64,000 bases of DNA from an uncultured cyanobacterium (lineage in GTDB: Bacteria; Cyanobacteriota; Cyanobacteriia; Cyanobacteriales; CAWCAG01), in NCBI GenBank assembly GCA_963793425.1, contig CAWCAG010000005.1, forward strand, positions 1,408,001 through 1,472,000, in the 5' to 3' direction. The position numbers and the translations under genes are program-made. Under the pieces are notes generated by a model, which did not search any database, had not been told where the DNA came from, and saw only the letters and a list, made by a program, of their open reading frames with translations. Below, piece by piece: positions 49,739-61,694 of this stretch. Positions within the stretch are counted from its first letter, which is position 1; every line of letters starts with the position of its first letter.

Positions 49739-50446
49739 CTAAGCAATTATCCGTTCTAAAGCTTGTATATCAGGAATACGCAGAACATTACTATCGCGAG
49801 CAATTAAATTTCTTTTCTCTAATTTAGTTAAGACACGAGTAACTGTTTCCCTCGCTAAGCCACTGAGACTACTAAGTTCTCGGTGAGGTAAATTAGGAAT
49901 CTCTGTACCAAGTTCTGCTTGTTTTCCTTGCCCCTCCGCTAAAAATAAAATTGTATCCGCCACGCGAGATAAACTATCCGCCTCTCGCAGTCTCAACCTC
50001 CGGTTAACTTGGCGTAGCCGTTTCGCCATAAGTTGTGCTAGGCGCAAACCAGCTAAGGGTTCGCTGCGGATTAATTCAGTAAAGTCTTGGGCAGGTACGC
50101 TGCTAATTTTGGTAGGGGTTAAGGTAATGACATCAGTAGAACGAGGTACTTCGTCCATAGCAGCCATTTCCCCAAAAACTTCTCCGTTACCAAGAATGTT
50201 TAAGGTAACTTCTTTGCCATCTAAATTGTAGGTGCGAATCTTGACCCAGCCTTCGAGGATGAAGTAAACAGAACCCCCCCAGTCGTTTTCTAATAAAATA
50301 ACTTGGTTAGAAGGGTGGCTGCGAGTGACCACATGACAAGTGGCTTTTTCGACACTCGCTTCAGGTAAGCCAGAAAAGACAGGCGCTGAGCCTACTAGCT
50401 TACTAATATCTGAGTCAGATTCGCGGGAGCTGTATCGGTCTTCCAT
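49739..50446 (-). CDS. Crp/Fnr family cNMP-binding transcriptional regulator
   Basis: GEVFGEMA..PRST cNMP pocket; HRELSSLSGLARETVTRVL helix-turn-helix. Confidence 0.95.
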   Translation of the reverse strand: MEDRYSSRESDSDISKLVGSAPVFSGLPEASVEKATCHVVTRSHPSNQVILLENDWGGSVYFILEGWVKIRTYNLDGKEVTLNILGNGEVFGEMAAMDEVPRSTDVITLTPTKISSVPAQDFTELIRSEPLAGLRLAQLMAKRLRQVNRRLRLREADSLSRVADTILFLAEGQGKQAELGTEIPNLPHRELSSLSGLARETVTRVLTKLEKRNLIARDSNVLRIPDIQALERIIA

Positions 50447-50890
50447 TAGCCCAAAGCAAATGTTAACAATCCCACGGCAGATTTACCGCAAGAATTTTTC
50501 TTACAGAGATAATTTCTTTGCTCTGTCCAAAGCATAGATAGTTTAACCCACGGTAGTTTTTGGTAGATAACTATTTTCTTCTCTATTATGGTTTTTTGTA
50601 CAGACTAAATATAACTCTATAGGTGAATTTTTCTATAGCGACACTTATCCTGACTGAGGTTTAAGTTCCTTGTCAAGAGTAGTAGCACTTGTTTAAATTT
50701 GGGGAGCATTTTAACTAGTCTTGAATAAGTCTATCATTGGTTTAACAGCTCAGGGCATCGGGGAAGCAATAGCCTGGGAATTATTTCCTAACTTTACTCC
50801 CTAACCTTAAAGTAATGTATGTGCTAGCCAATACGAGTCCCTCTCACAAAACTTCTCATTTGTAACTTTCAACGCCAAGGGTTCCCAACT

Positions 50891-52687
50891 GTGACTTCTC
50901 ACCAAGATATTCAATCTCTGATTGCCGATTTAGATAACCTTCTTCTTAATGCTGATACTGATCAACAGGAAGTTCTAGAAGAGGTTCGCAGCTATTTAGT
51001 AACCTTGCCCTTATCCTCGCCCCAGCAAAGTGGGGAGGGGGATCTCACTGCCACAGAACAAATAACTGCTGAGGCGATCGCAAAAGCTGTTTTGGGGGAG
51101 ATGGAGAGTTTACGGGCTGAGATGACTGGTTCTGTAGAGAAGGAGTTAGCTGTACTACGCCAGCAACGAGAAGCGATGGAAAAAGATATCAAGAGGCTGG
51201 AAGTACAGCAGCAACAGATGATGGCTGAGTTTTTACAGAAGTTAGGGAGTAGCTGTGTAGAAACTTTGACGCGAGAAGTAACTAATACTTTGGAGAAGTT
51301 GGAGATGCAATTTTTGAGCAACAATTCTCCAGATACTCCCGCTGCTTTTCAGCACAGATTACGCTTGGAACAACTACAACAGTTCCAAAGGCGTTCGGAT
51401 CGCTTGTTGGTGAATTTAGATACGACCCTCCAAACGGTTTTTCAAACCCTAGAAAGAAATTTATATTCTTACCAAGAATCTTTGTCCCAAAGTGCAGAAA
51501 ATATTCATAGTTTGGGGCAACAAGGGGAGACGATGTTTACCTTTTTGATTAATCGTCTGCTCCAGCAGTTGGGGGAACCAGATTCTGTTGCTGATGCTCA
51601 AAAAGAGTCTGATTTACAGCCACCAGAAGAGGAGGCAGAAGAACCAGTTGTTGTAGAAGAAATTTCCCCTCTTTTGCCTGAACAAACGCAATTGTTTCCC
51701 TTTGCGGGAACGGAAATCACTTCACCAGGGGAGATTTGGCAAGAAGAAGAGGATCTTGGGCAACCTCAGAAATCTTCAGAAGTAGATAATTTGCTATACC
51801 TCGATTTGAGTCGCGAAAAAGTGGCTCTGCCGGGGGTTTATGGTCGTTCTGATGATGCTTCAGAATTTACCGAAGAAGTGGATACACAGAATGAAGAGGA
51901 AAATAGCGACATTGATGTGATGGAAGATGTTTTATTTGATTCTTCAGAGAATGTTGAGGCTAATCAGTTTGCTGAGAACGATTCTAAGGCTGAGTCTAAT
52001 TCTCCTCAAGAAGTTTTGTTTGGCGAAAAAGTTACTGAAGAAAGTGATGAGGTAGAACAAGTTGAAACCATTACTGCTTTGACAGATGTTTTGGAACAGG
52101 CTGCTGTTGATCTAGAGCAAATTACTGATTCAGAAGAAGGAGAGGTGGCAACACGATTAAATTCTGATTTAGAGGATTTTGTCCCTGCTTCTCCTCATGA
52201 GAATTTATTGCCCACAGAAGATCGGAGTCGGGAAGCGGCGCTGCCAGATATCATTGACACTAACACCCTCGAAAAGCTAAATGAAGATTTAGAACTTTTT
52301 GAAGAAGGGGGCAAAGAGGAGGATGAAGGGCCTGATACAGAAATACAGTTGGCTGATGGCGAAACCATTTTAGCAGCAGAAGAATCTGAACCGGATACAG
52401 AAATTCAGTTGGTAAATTCTCCTAATGATATAGAATTGCCAGAATTTGCCTCTGAAGACCTAGAAAACAATGAAGAAATGGTCGATAGTAGTTCCAGTTC
52501 AGATGCAGAAGTTTTGACACCGCCAGAAGAATTATTGGGAGAAAATTTAGAGAACTTGTTAATTGAGAGTTTTGCCAACGAACAAGAATTATCATCCCAA
52601 TTGCAGATGGACAAAATCACTGGATTTTCTCAAGAATTTTTCTGGGATGAGTCGGAGGAAGAAGAGGAAAAAGAAAATAATGACTAG
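50891..52687 (+). CDS. Coiled-coil protein with long acidic, probably disordered C-terminus
   Basis: Q/E/L-rich N-terminal half; very E/D-rich C-terminal half with a duplicated PDTEIQL. Confidence 0.8.
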   Translation: MTSHQDIQSLIADLDNLLLNADTDQQEVLEEVRSYLVTLPLSSPQQSGEGDLTATEQITAEAIAKAVLGEMESLRAEMTGSVEKELAVLRQQREAMEKDIKRLEVQQQQMMAEFLQKLGSSCVETLTREVTNTLEKLEMQFLSNNSPDTPAAFQHRLRLEQLQQFQRRSDRLLVNLDTTLQTVFQTLERNLYSYQESLSQSAENIHSLGQQGETMFTFLINRLLQQLGEPDSVADAQKESDLQPPEEEAEEPVVVEEISPLLPEQTQLFPFAGTEITSPGEIWQEEEDLGQPQKSSEVDNLLYLDLSREKVALPGVYGRSDDASEFTEEVDTQNEEENSDIDVMEDVLFDSSENVEANQFAENDSKAESNSPQEVLFGEKVTEESDEVEQVETITALTDVLEQAAVDLEQITDSEEGEVATRLNSDLEDFVPASPHENLLPTEDRSREAALPDIIDTNTLEKLNEDLELFEEGGKEEDEGPDTEIQLADGETILAAEESEPDTEIQLVNSPNDIELPEFASEDLENNEEMVDSSSSSDAEVLTPPEELLGENLENLLIESFANEQELSSQLQMDKITGFSQEFFWDESEEEEEKENND

Positions 52688-52756
52688 TTGCTAATGGCCA
52701 ATAGTTTCCCCCCAATTCCTTGCTCTCCAGCTCCCTAATTTTCCATCTCTTTCCTC

Positions 52757-54496
52757 ATGAAACAATCAAAAACTGATAAAAATCTTTGGTATCTAGGCAT
52801 AGATTTTGGTACTACTAGGCTGACGGCAATGTTGTTTAACTCTGCCTCTGGTAAGCAGTATCCGCTTTATTGGTCTTTTTTAAATAAGCAAGGAGCTTGG
52901 GAATCTAGTTTTCGCTTGCCAGCAGTAGCCTATTATGGGCCGGAGGTAAAGGAGACAAAGAAGAAAGATGATGAGGCTTTTTCTCCTTTTGTGGTTGGTA
53001 CTGCTGCTTATAACTTTCAACAACACTCAGGTATTTTTTTAGAGAATTTTAAGGCTTTTTTCCATCTAGCCGTTCCTTATTATCGAACTGAAGGCGGTCA
53101 ATGGGAACCGAAGTTGCGAGGGTTTGGTTCCAGGTTGGTTTCTTTGCATTTGGTGCAAATAGCTTTACAGACTTTATTACAAACTTTAGTTCCTGCTTCA
53201 GAAGAAAAGGAGGAACTGGCCCAGTCTTCCTCTATTTTGGGGGCAGTAGGTTGTGAGCAAGATACTCTCAAAGGCACTTTGCAGGACTTAGAGGGTGTGA
53301 TTGTTAGTCGTCCAGGTGGATGGGGAGATACCTACGGTTTTAACCTGCGAGAATCTATTTTAAAGGCAAATTTGGTGGCAAGACCAGAGCAAATTTTCTT
53401 TTTGGAAGAGGCGATCGCAGTTTTACTGGCTAATCTTCAGGGACAAGAAGAGGAGGAAGCCCCCCAAGGTGCAACTTTAGTTATTCAAGCCGGGGCAACT
53501 ACAACAGAATTGCTTTTAGGTAATATACCCGAAGATTTAGCAAATTTAACGCGACAAGATTTAGCTCTTTATAGTTTTAATTTTGGTGGTGATTCCTTAG
53601 ACCAAGATATTTTTTGTCAGTTGCTTTATCCTTATTGGTCACAGCAACAACCCACTTTTAAACTAGAAACAGACTCTTTTCCAGTTGTGGCCCAGGTAGA
53701 AGCAGAAAGGCGCTCTCAATTGGATTTGACTTTAAAAAGTTCTCCAGTTGGTCAATCTCTTTTAGAAGCAGCTAAGTTGGCTAAGTTTATCCTTCAATAT
53801 CGTCCCGAATTAACTTCACCTATTGGGGATTTACGTTGGCATCTTAAGAAAGAAGATTTAGAAACGAAGGTAATTCAACCTTATGTTCAGCAAATTAATC
53901 AATATCTAAATCAATTACTTAGCACTACAGGAATTTCTGACCAATTAGTAGAAAGAGTAATTTGTAGCGGTGGCACAACCGTAACTATCTGGCCTGTTTT
54001 AGCACAATGGTTAAAACAAAAGTTACCTAATGCTCAAATCATTCAAGATACAGGAGAAAATAGCTTAACTAGAGTTGCTTCTGGTTTAACTCATTTAGTC
54101 AGGTTTCCTCAGTTAGTAAAACGCTTACAACATCAGTATAGTGATTATTTTCTCCTACGGGAATTGTTGGGAATTTTCCCACAAGAGCCTCAATCTTTAA
54201 CAACAATTTTCAACTCTTTAGAGCGTCGCGGTATTAACACCGATGCTTGTTATCAGCGCTTGCTTGCTTTGATGAAAGGAGAGTTACCCAGGGGTTTGAT
54301 ACCTTTAACTTCTGAATATAGTTGGCTATCCTTACCCCCAAATTCTGAATTTAACCTGGAACCTCTGTTTATGGTTCAAGAAGATGGTCTTTATGCTCCT
54401 AATCAAGAACAATATTTAAAGTTAAAGCAACATCTACAAGCAATTTTGTTAGCAACAGAGCAGAAGTTGGAAGATCCTTTGAGCTTTGATTTATGA
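52757..54496 (+). CDS. Divergent Hsp70/actin-like ATPase-fold protein
   Basis: LGIDFGTT, EEAIA, AGATTTEL, GGDSLDQDI, CSGG. Confidence 0.75.
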   Translation: MKQSKTDKNLWYLGIDFGTTRLTAMLFNSASGKQYPLYWSFLNKQGAWESSFRLPAVAYYGPEVKETKKKDDEAFSPFVVGTAAYNFQQHSGIFLENFKAFFHLAVPYYRTEGGQWEPKLRGFGSRLVSLHLVQIALQTLLQTLVPASEEKEELAQSSSILGAVGCEQDTLKGTLQDLEGVIVSRPGGWGDTYGFNLRESILKANLVARPEQIFFLEEAIAVLLANLQGQEEEEAPQGATLVIQAGATTTELLLGNIPEDLANLTRQDLALYSFNFGGDSLDQDIFCQLLYPYWSQQQPTFKLETDSFPVVAQVEAERRSQLDLTLKSSPVGQSLLEAAKLAKFILQYRPELTSPIGDLRWHLKKEDLETKVIQPYVQQINQYLNQLLSTTGISDQLVERVICSGGTTVTIWPVLAQWLKQKLPNAQIIQDTGENSLTRVASGLTHLVRFPQLVKRLQHQYSDYFLLRELLGIFPQEPQSLTTIFNSLERRGINTDACYQRLLALMKGELPRGLIPLTSEYSWLSLPPNSEFNLEPLFMVQEDGLYAPNQEQYLKLKQHLQAILLATEQKLEDPLSFDL

Positions 54497-54615
54497 TAAT
54501 TTGCTAATGGCTAATGGCTAATGGCTAGTTGCTAGTTGTTATCGGTTAATATGTAACTAATAAATGTTTAATGTAGCCTACGGCAAGGCTTACGCCAATT
54601 AATGATAAATGATCA

Positions 54616-55155
54616 ATGAACTTACCTACTTGGATTACTTTTTCTCGCTTACTTGGTTTACCTTTTATTTTGTATCTCCTCCACAATCCTACAACTCAAG
54701 GTAGATGGATTTGCTTGGCTATTTTCTTGATCGCAGCAGGGACAGATTGGGTAGATGGTTACTTAGCCAGGAAATTAAATCAAGTTACAGATTTAGGTAA
54801 GTTTCTTGACCCTTTAGTTGATAAACTGTTGGTGATAGGTTCGTTTTTAGCACTGATAGAAATGGGCTTAGTTCCGGCTTGGGGAGTTTGTTTAATTTTA
54901 GCTAGGGAACTTGCTATTTCTGGGTGGCGAGTTAATCCTAATTTGACTAGTTCTATTCAAGGAGCTAACATTTGGGGCAAGTTGAAAACAGTCAGTCAAA
55001 TAGCTGCGATCGCACTTTTAATTGCGCCTTTGCCTTCAACTTGGCAAACAGCTTCTTTAGTTGTTTTTTGGTTGTCTGTAGCTTTAACTTTGGTTTCTGG
55101 AGTTATTTATATTTATCCTCAAACTTTAGGTAGCAAGGTTTCTTCAGTAGAGTGA
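54616..55155 (+). CDS. pgsA: CDP-diacylglycerol--glycerol-3-phosphate 3-phosphatidyltransferase
   Basis: MNLPTWITFSR, TDWVDGYLAR, GKFLDPLVDK, GKLKT. Confidence 0.95.
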   Translation: MNLPTWITFSRLLGLPFILYLLHNPTTQGRWICLAIFLIAAGTDWVDGYLARKLNQVTDLGKFLDPLVDKLLVIGSFLALIEMGLVPAWGVCLILARELAISGWRVNPNLTSSIQGANIWGKLKTVSQIAAIALLIAPLPSTWQTASLVVFWLSVALTLVSGVIYIYPQTLGSKVSSVE

Positions 55156-55170
55156 TAAAAAAGATTTTAT

Positions 55171-58100
55171 TTAAAAATCATGTCTTTTTTCACAAAGATA
55201 ACGATCACTCTGATCAACGTAAGGATTGTTAAGTAAATAATCTCGCAACCAATGGCCACCACGCATTAGTAAGTCCTCTAAATAATCTAACTCAAAATTC
55301 CATAACATCACCGTGCGATCGCCGCTAGCAGTGGCAATAGTTTTACCGTCAGGGCTAAAGCTGATACTGGTTACAGCATCTTTATGTCCTCGGAAGGTTT
55401 GTAACTCTTCCCCTGCTAAGTTCCATAATTTCAGGGTTCCGTCGGCACTAGCGGTAGCAATAGTTTTACCATCAGGACTAAAACGGACTGCTAAGACAGA
55501 ATTGTTGTGACTAGCTAAGGTTTTAATTTCTTCTCCTTGCAAGTTCCAAAGTTTTGCTGTCCCATCTAAACTAGCTGTGGCGATCATTTTACCATCAGGA
55601 CTAAAAACAACTCTTAAGATGCCGTGATCGTGTCTAATTAGAGTCTTTAATTCTTCCCCTTTTAGGTTCCACAATTTGACAGTGCTGTCATCGCTAGCAG
55701 TGACAATTAAATTATTTAAAGGGCTGAAATTAACATCAAAAACTGCTCCTTGGTGTCCTTGTAAAGTGAGAACTTCTTGCCCTTGTAAGTTCCAAATTCG
55801 GGCAGTACGATCAAAACTTGCTGTAGCAATTTTTTGACCATCAATGCTGAAGTTAGCACAGTAAACTTTGTCTTGATGTCCTTGTAAAGTGAGAATTTCT
55901 TGCCCTTGTAAGTTCCAAATTCGAGCGGTATGATCAAGACTTGCTGTGACAATTTTCTGCCCATCAGGACTAAAGCTTAAGCCATTAACTGCATCCTCGT
56001 GTCCTTGGAGGTTTTGTAACACTTCCCCTTCAAGATTCCAAAGTTTAGCAATTTTGTCGCCACATCCTGTGGCTAAAGTTTGACCATCAGGACTAAAACG
56101 AACGCAAGTAACATAGTTATTATGACCCCGGAGAGTTTGTTTGGCCTCTTCTTCCAAACTCCAAAGTTTCACGGTTTTATCTCCACTTCCTGTCGCTAAA
56201 GTTTTACCATCTAAGCTAAAACTAAGGCTATAAACGGCATTTTCATGACCAGAAAGGGTTTGTTGTTCTTCTCCTTTCAAGTTCCAAAGTTTCACTGTTT
56301 TATCACCGCTTCCTGTGGCGATAGTACTGCCATCTGGACTAAAAGTGATGCTATAAACTGCTTCGGTATGATGGCTTAGGGTAACAATTTCTTCCCCTTC
56401 CAAACTCCAAAGTTTAGCGGTTTTATCATCGCTAGCAGTTGCTAGCAAGCCACCCACAGGGCTAAAAGCAACTTTGTAGATGGGGCTGTCATGGGCCAAA
56501 TTGTTCTTAGCAGTTCCCCGGCTAAATTCCATATTTTTACTGTGCCATCTTCACTCGCACTAACTAATAGTTTACCGTCAGGACTAAAACTAACTCGATA
56601 AACTGCCCCTTCATGACCTTGGAGAGTTTTAATTTCTTGCTCTCCATTAATCGACCAAAGCTTAATAGTTTTATCCCGACTAGCGCTAGCTAATAATTTA
56701 CCATCAGGGCTAAAACTAACTCGATAAACTTCATCTTCATGACCAGAAAAGACTTTTAATTGCTCTCCTTCCAGGTTCCACAAACGAATGGTTTTATCGC
56801 CACTAGAAGTAGCAATAGTTTGGCTATCTGGGGCAAAAGTTACCCGATAAATAACAGCTTCATGACCTCTAATTGTGTTTAGTTTTTCACCTTGACGACT
56901 CCAAATTATTACGGTTTTATCCCAACTCGCGGTAGCTATTTTTTCCCCATCAGAACTAATAGTAACGCTAAAAACTGCGGCATCGTGACCTTGTAAACGG
57001 TTGCGTTCTTTAACGCCTTGAATAGTCTGGCGTAATCTATCCATGGTTTCGATTTTAAGCTTTTGGGTAACTTGGGCGTGGAGTAGCTTTTTTCCTGCTT
57101 TGACACTAGCTACTAATGCCCCTAATTGATCATGGGATAGTAGGAGAGTTTTTGCTAAAGAATTAAGGGCTTTTATTTCAGCAACTTCCGCTCTTTGACG
57201 CTGTTTTTTCTCCTGTGCCAGAGATTGTTTAAGTTGTTGTTTGGTTAGTTCTAACTCTAAGGATCTTGGTTGGTATTTTTGTCTAATTAAATTAACTAAA
57301 TAGTCATGAACAAGCTGATAATATTCTAGTTGAGAGCCTGGGTAACGGGCAATCAAACCAGAACCAACTAAAATGGTTAAAACTAAATTTAGCTGTTCAT
57401 TAGGTGATTCTGTATCTGAAGCAAGTTCTTCTTTGGTTTGGAAAGGACGAGTGTTGTTTTCATCGGTAAGATAATACAAAACTCTTTGGGCTGCTTGTTC
57501 ATTTTCTTGACCACAATCTTCAACTACTGTTGCTAAATAATGCTCCACAAGCTTTTCTTTTGGTCCACACACTTTATACTCCGTTAAAGAAGTAATATCT
57601 TCTCTTTGTAATTGCGCTCCTACAATTTGTAATTCAATCGGCAAAACTTCTCCTAAATCCCCGGCCAAATCCCTAACTAACTGCTCAATTAATTCTGATT
57701 CGAGATGAAATTGAGCGCGGTCTGTTAAACTTTGAATTACTGATTTAGCGTCTTGAGCAGTAAAGTTACCTAAATAATAAAGGATGTCTTTATCAAGAAT
57801 ATTGTTGTCAATGATATTTAGTTTTGTAGTACGGCTACATTCTAAAAGGTAATGTAAATAATCTTCGCGAATGGAAATAATAACCTTAACATAAGGTATC
57901 GCTAAACATTGGCGGAAAAACTCATAAAATAATTTTCTACTTTGCCGTTCTTTATGAACAAAGAAAAATTCTTCAAATTGGTCTAAAATTAAAACAGTTA
58001 AAAGGTTACTTTGGGCATTTTCTTGCAGTCGGTCAATAATTTGCTGAATGCTGGGTTTGCTTTGACCTAAGATTAAATGTTGGGGTGATCCCGGCTTAAA

Positions 58101-59792
58101 AGCAATGTCTTTTAAAGCATTATCAATTATTCCTAACCAATCACTATAAACTCGTAACAAAATAGGTACAGCTTCTCTACCTTCAGGATTTGACAGTTTC
58201 AAAGCAGGTAATAACCCGGCTTCAACAATAGAGCTTTTACCCACCCCAGATTGCCCATAAATTACTGTCAACTTACGGGCAGGTAAAGTAATTCTTTCTA
58301 ACAAACGGTTTACATCTTGCTGTCGCCCAGAAACCGCGACAATATCTTCAAAAGTATTATCCTGGTCTTGCTGTCCGCTCAAAACTTTACTAGCAACCAT
58401 CTGACGGTGAGGCTGAAGCTTACCAGCTCCAATAAAAGCCCGCAAACCGTATTGAGTCTGAATTTCTCTCCTCGCCTGCTTAATTTTAAAAGCCCGAAGA
58501 TATTTCCCCTGCTCAAAATACAAAGTTCCTAACTCATCTAAAATTGAAATATAAAGTTGAGGGTCATAACTAGGAGAACATTGATCCCCAGCGATTTCCA
58601 AATGTGCGATCGCCGTCGTCATTTTCTCCAACCGTTGTAATTGAGGAACCGTTTGTCCTAAACTTCGGGCAAGCAGAAAATGATACAAACCTTCGGCTTG
58701 GGGTTGAGATTGGGGAATTTGGTCAAAAATTTCTAAAGCTTGTTTCGCTAATTGATTTGCTTCTTGCCAATGAAACTGTTCCAAAGCTACTTCTGCTAAA
58801 AATCCGTAGTCTTGGGCAATTTGTTCTGGCTCACCATAATCTTGGTGTAAAGTCAAGGCTTTTTGAGCTAAATTTTGCAGTTGTTCCCAAGCTTTCAAAC
58901 GCCTGAGAACTTCCCCTAATTGACTAATATGTTCTGCTACTAAACTAGGTAATTGGGCTTGTTCAAAAATAGCTAAACATTGTTGTAAACAATCGCTAGC
59001 TTGTTGCCAATAATGCCGCCTTTTTTCCTGTTGTTTTTCCCCTTCTGAGTAAAACACAAAAGCTATATTTAATAAAACCGTACCTTGGCGTTCTAAATTA
59101 TTACTTTCTTGCCAAAAAGTTAAACTCTTTTTGTAGTGAGCGATCGCCTGCTCAATTTGATTATTATTGATAGCCAAAGAAGCCAGAATAAATTCCCATC
59201 CTGCCTCTTGCTTAGGGCTTAAAACCCCAGGACGTTGCGCTAAATCTTGTTGAACTGCTTGCAACTCATAATCATCTAAACCAAAGCTAGAATCAGCAGA
59301 AAAAGCTCTTTCTACTTGTTTTTCCACAAAAGCTCTTAACTCTTCATCGGGCATTAAAAAATGAATTGGTGCGCCTCCCCAACTACTTAAATCGGGGGCT
59401 AAACGACATAGTTTTTTTAAGACTTTATCTGTAACCCAAACCACTAAAGGAAAAGGAAAGTTAGCCTTAACTTTATCCCGCGCCCGATTTACTGTTACTA
59501 AGAGTTTATCAAGGTCTTTAACCTCTTCTAAACCCAAAATCATCAAGCTTTCTGGTTCCTTATCTTGATAATCATAAGCAACCATTTCTCGAATAGTTTG
59601 AGTTAATTGAGGCAGAAATAATTTATCAAAACCAACTTCATACTCTTTTTCCAGTTTCTTCAGAAAATGCGTCCGCACATGGGTATAATTACACCAAACA
59701 AAATGCAAAGAAAACCGTCCTTGTGCTAGTTTCATCGTCCTAGCTAAGGTTTTCAAAGAACGTTCGTTTTCTTCTTGAGCAATATCTTTCAT
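55171..59792 (-). CDS. Degenerate NTPase-like N-terminus, TPR, STAND NTPase, WD40 repeats; split by a 1-nt frameshift near 56498-56500
   Basis: TPR helices, GQSGVGKSS, LILDQFEEFF, LVHDYL, about 14 WD40 repeats across the two ORFs. One extra base joins ..LLRTI(L)AHDSPIYKV. Confidence 0.85.
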
Positions 59793-59819
59793 AGCAGAGA
59801 ACGGGGAACAGAGTCTGGT

Positions 59820-59900
59820 AAAAGTAATAAGTAATAAGTAATAAGTAATAAGTAATAAGTAATAAGTTTGACCTATATACCATTACTTTTGACAAAGATT
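59820..59900 (+). repeat. Dispersed element: heptamer array plus conserved tail, copy 2
   Basis: AAAAG(TAATAAG)n TTTGACCTATATACCATTACTTTTGACAAAGATT. Confidence 0.9.
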
Positions 59901-60022
59901 AAAGAAACACTTCTTGATAATACCTACGATTTTATAAGAGTTTGGTAGTAGTGTTTCACAGAAGGGGAATTAGGGAACTAGGGAGATGGTTTGACTGATT
60001 ATTGTTCGGCTTGCCGTTACCG

Positions 60023-61431
60023 CTAGGCATCATTGTTCGGCTTGCCATTGTCGTAGACATCATTGACCCAAAGTTTGTACTTTTTAGTTTCTAAAAGCAG
60101 AGGATTAATACCGAACCAATTACCTTCTTCGTCGCGATATTCAAAGACGAACATACTACGTAAAAGGAGTTGATATTCTTCTTCTCCTTTCACCTTTTGT
60201 TCTTCCACTACCTTAAATAATAACTCCCATTCCCGATCATCGATAGCCAATAAAAGGCGATCGCGAGATTCCCTGATAATTCTTTCTAGAGTATTAATAG
60301 AAATAGGTGGATCTTGTTCTTGAATGCAACGATAAACCATCCCTAATAAATTGCGGATATGACCCCCGCTAATACGGCAGACCCGATCTAAGGTTTGGAG
60401 GTCATCAAACACCTCTGTAACGTAGTTGAGACGTTCTTGGGGGCTAAATCTGGGAAGGCTTTAGCTAAGATCAATTGCCGTAGTAATTCTAAACCCTCTT
60501 GGTATATTTCTCCGGTACGAGACTGCACCGCAACCATCGGTAACATTTTGGGGTCAATTCCTCCCCCCAAGCGATTTTTCATCGCTTCTCTTTCGTTAGA
60601 AAATATTAAAGCTAAGGGAATAGTATAAACCAAATGACAATTGAGTTTGCGTAGTTGATCACCACGATCTACAAACAGATATTCTGGTTGCAACCTCCCA
60701 GAAGAAAGGGGACGGTTATCAATGCGATCTAAGTTATCAATGATTACTACTAAACCATATTTGCCACGACTACGAAGTTCTTCGATGGCAACTTCGAGGA
60801 TTTCTTTGTTGATGAACTGTAAAATCCTTGAGGTTTGGGGTTCTAAATACTGCCTTAATTTAGAACGCAGTTGCTGAGAGTTTTTGGTAGTAGTAGTAAT
60901 TCTAGCAATACCCATAGGTAAAGAAAAAGCTAACTCCCCTTCGCTACTAGCTTCCAAAGTTCCTACACCGGGAAATTCAGCTTCTGCATTAACCACAATA
61001 GGAGTTTTTAAAAAGTCTGCTACCCCTCGTAAAAAAGCTTTGAAACCTTTAGGTTCAAGGTGAATATTACTCTCTTCCAAACTCTTGCTTACCTGACGGG
61101 CAATGGCGAGTAAAATATCAGTTATATCAACATCAGTTTCATCCAAATCTTCCGTAGACTCAAAATAAACTACATGAAAGCCCTGATCTTCCAATTCTGC
61201 TTTCAGGCGCAATAATTCTGTAGACTTACCGCAACCGATATGCCCTGTGAATAACTGACAAGTGGGCTTGCGGGGGGAAAGTCGTGTTATAGTTCTTTTC
61301 AATGCTTCAATAACTTTGCCTCCTCGCACAGAAGCAAAGTCTATATAATACTGCCTATCCTCAGCATTTTCTATCACCAGTGTTCTACTAGGATCGCAGG
61401 CATCAAAAAATCTTTGTAAGTTTAACTCCAT
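60023..61431 (-). CDS. P-loop ATPase upstream of the STAND-WD40 gene, split by a 1-nt frameshift at the G-run 60439-60443
   Basis: TGHIGCGKSTEL, VIIDNLDR, SGGHIRNL, FGINP. One extra base joins ..DLAP(Q)ERLNYVTEVFDDL. Confidence 0.85.
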
Positions 61432-61694
61432 AAGACTGTATCGCTTCCGTTGCTTTAGATATTCCCTTGTAAACTTTCTCTTGCTCTTGTTGAATTCTAC
61501 GGGGCTTAGAAGAGCAATTCCGGCTAGCTACCCTTTAATTTAATGGTTATTTACGGGTAGGGTTTTTGACAAGGGGGTGAGACAGTTGAGGAATTGTCAT
61601 TACCTATTGGTAACAAGCTATTCTAATTAATATTAGTTTGCTTAAAATGGCGCTAGAATCAGTTTAGCTCAAGCTTTACCCGCTTCTTTCTGCT

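Noticed and set aside
60001..60046. 15-bp duplication ATTGTTCGGCTTGCC with a 31-bp period
   Set aside because: Only two copies at a gene 3' end; most likely a local duplication of NGKPNN codons, not an array or att site
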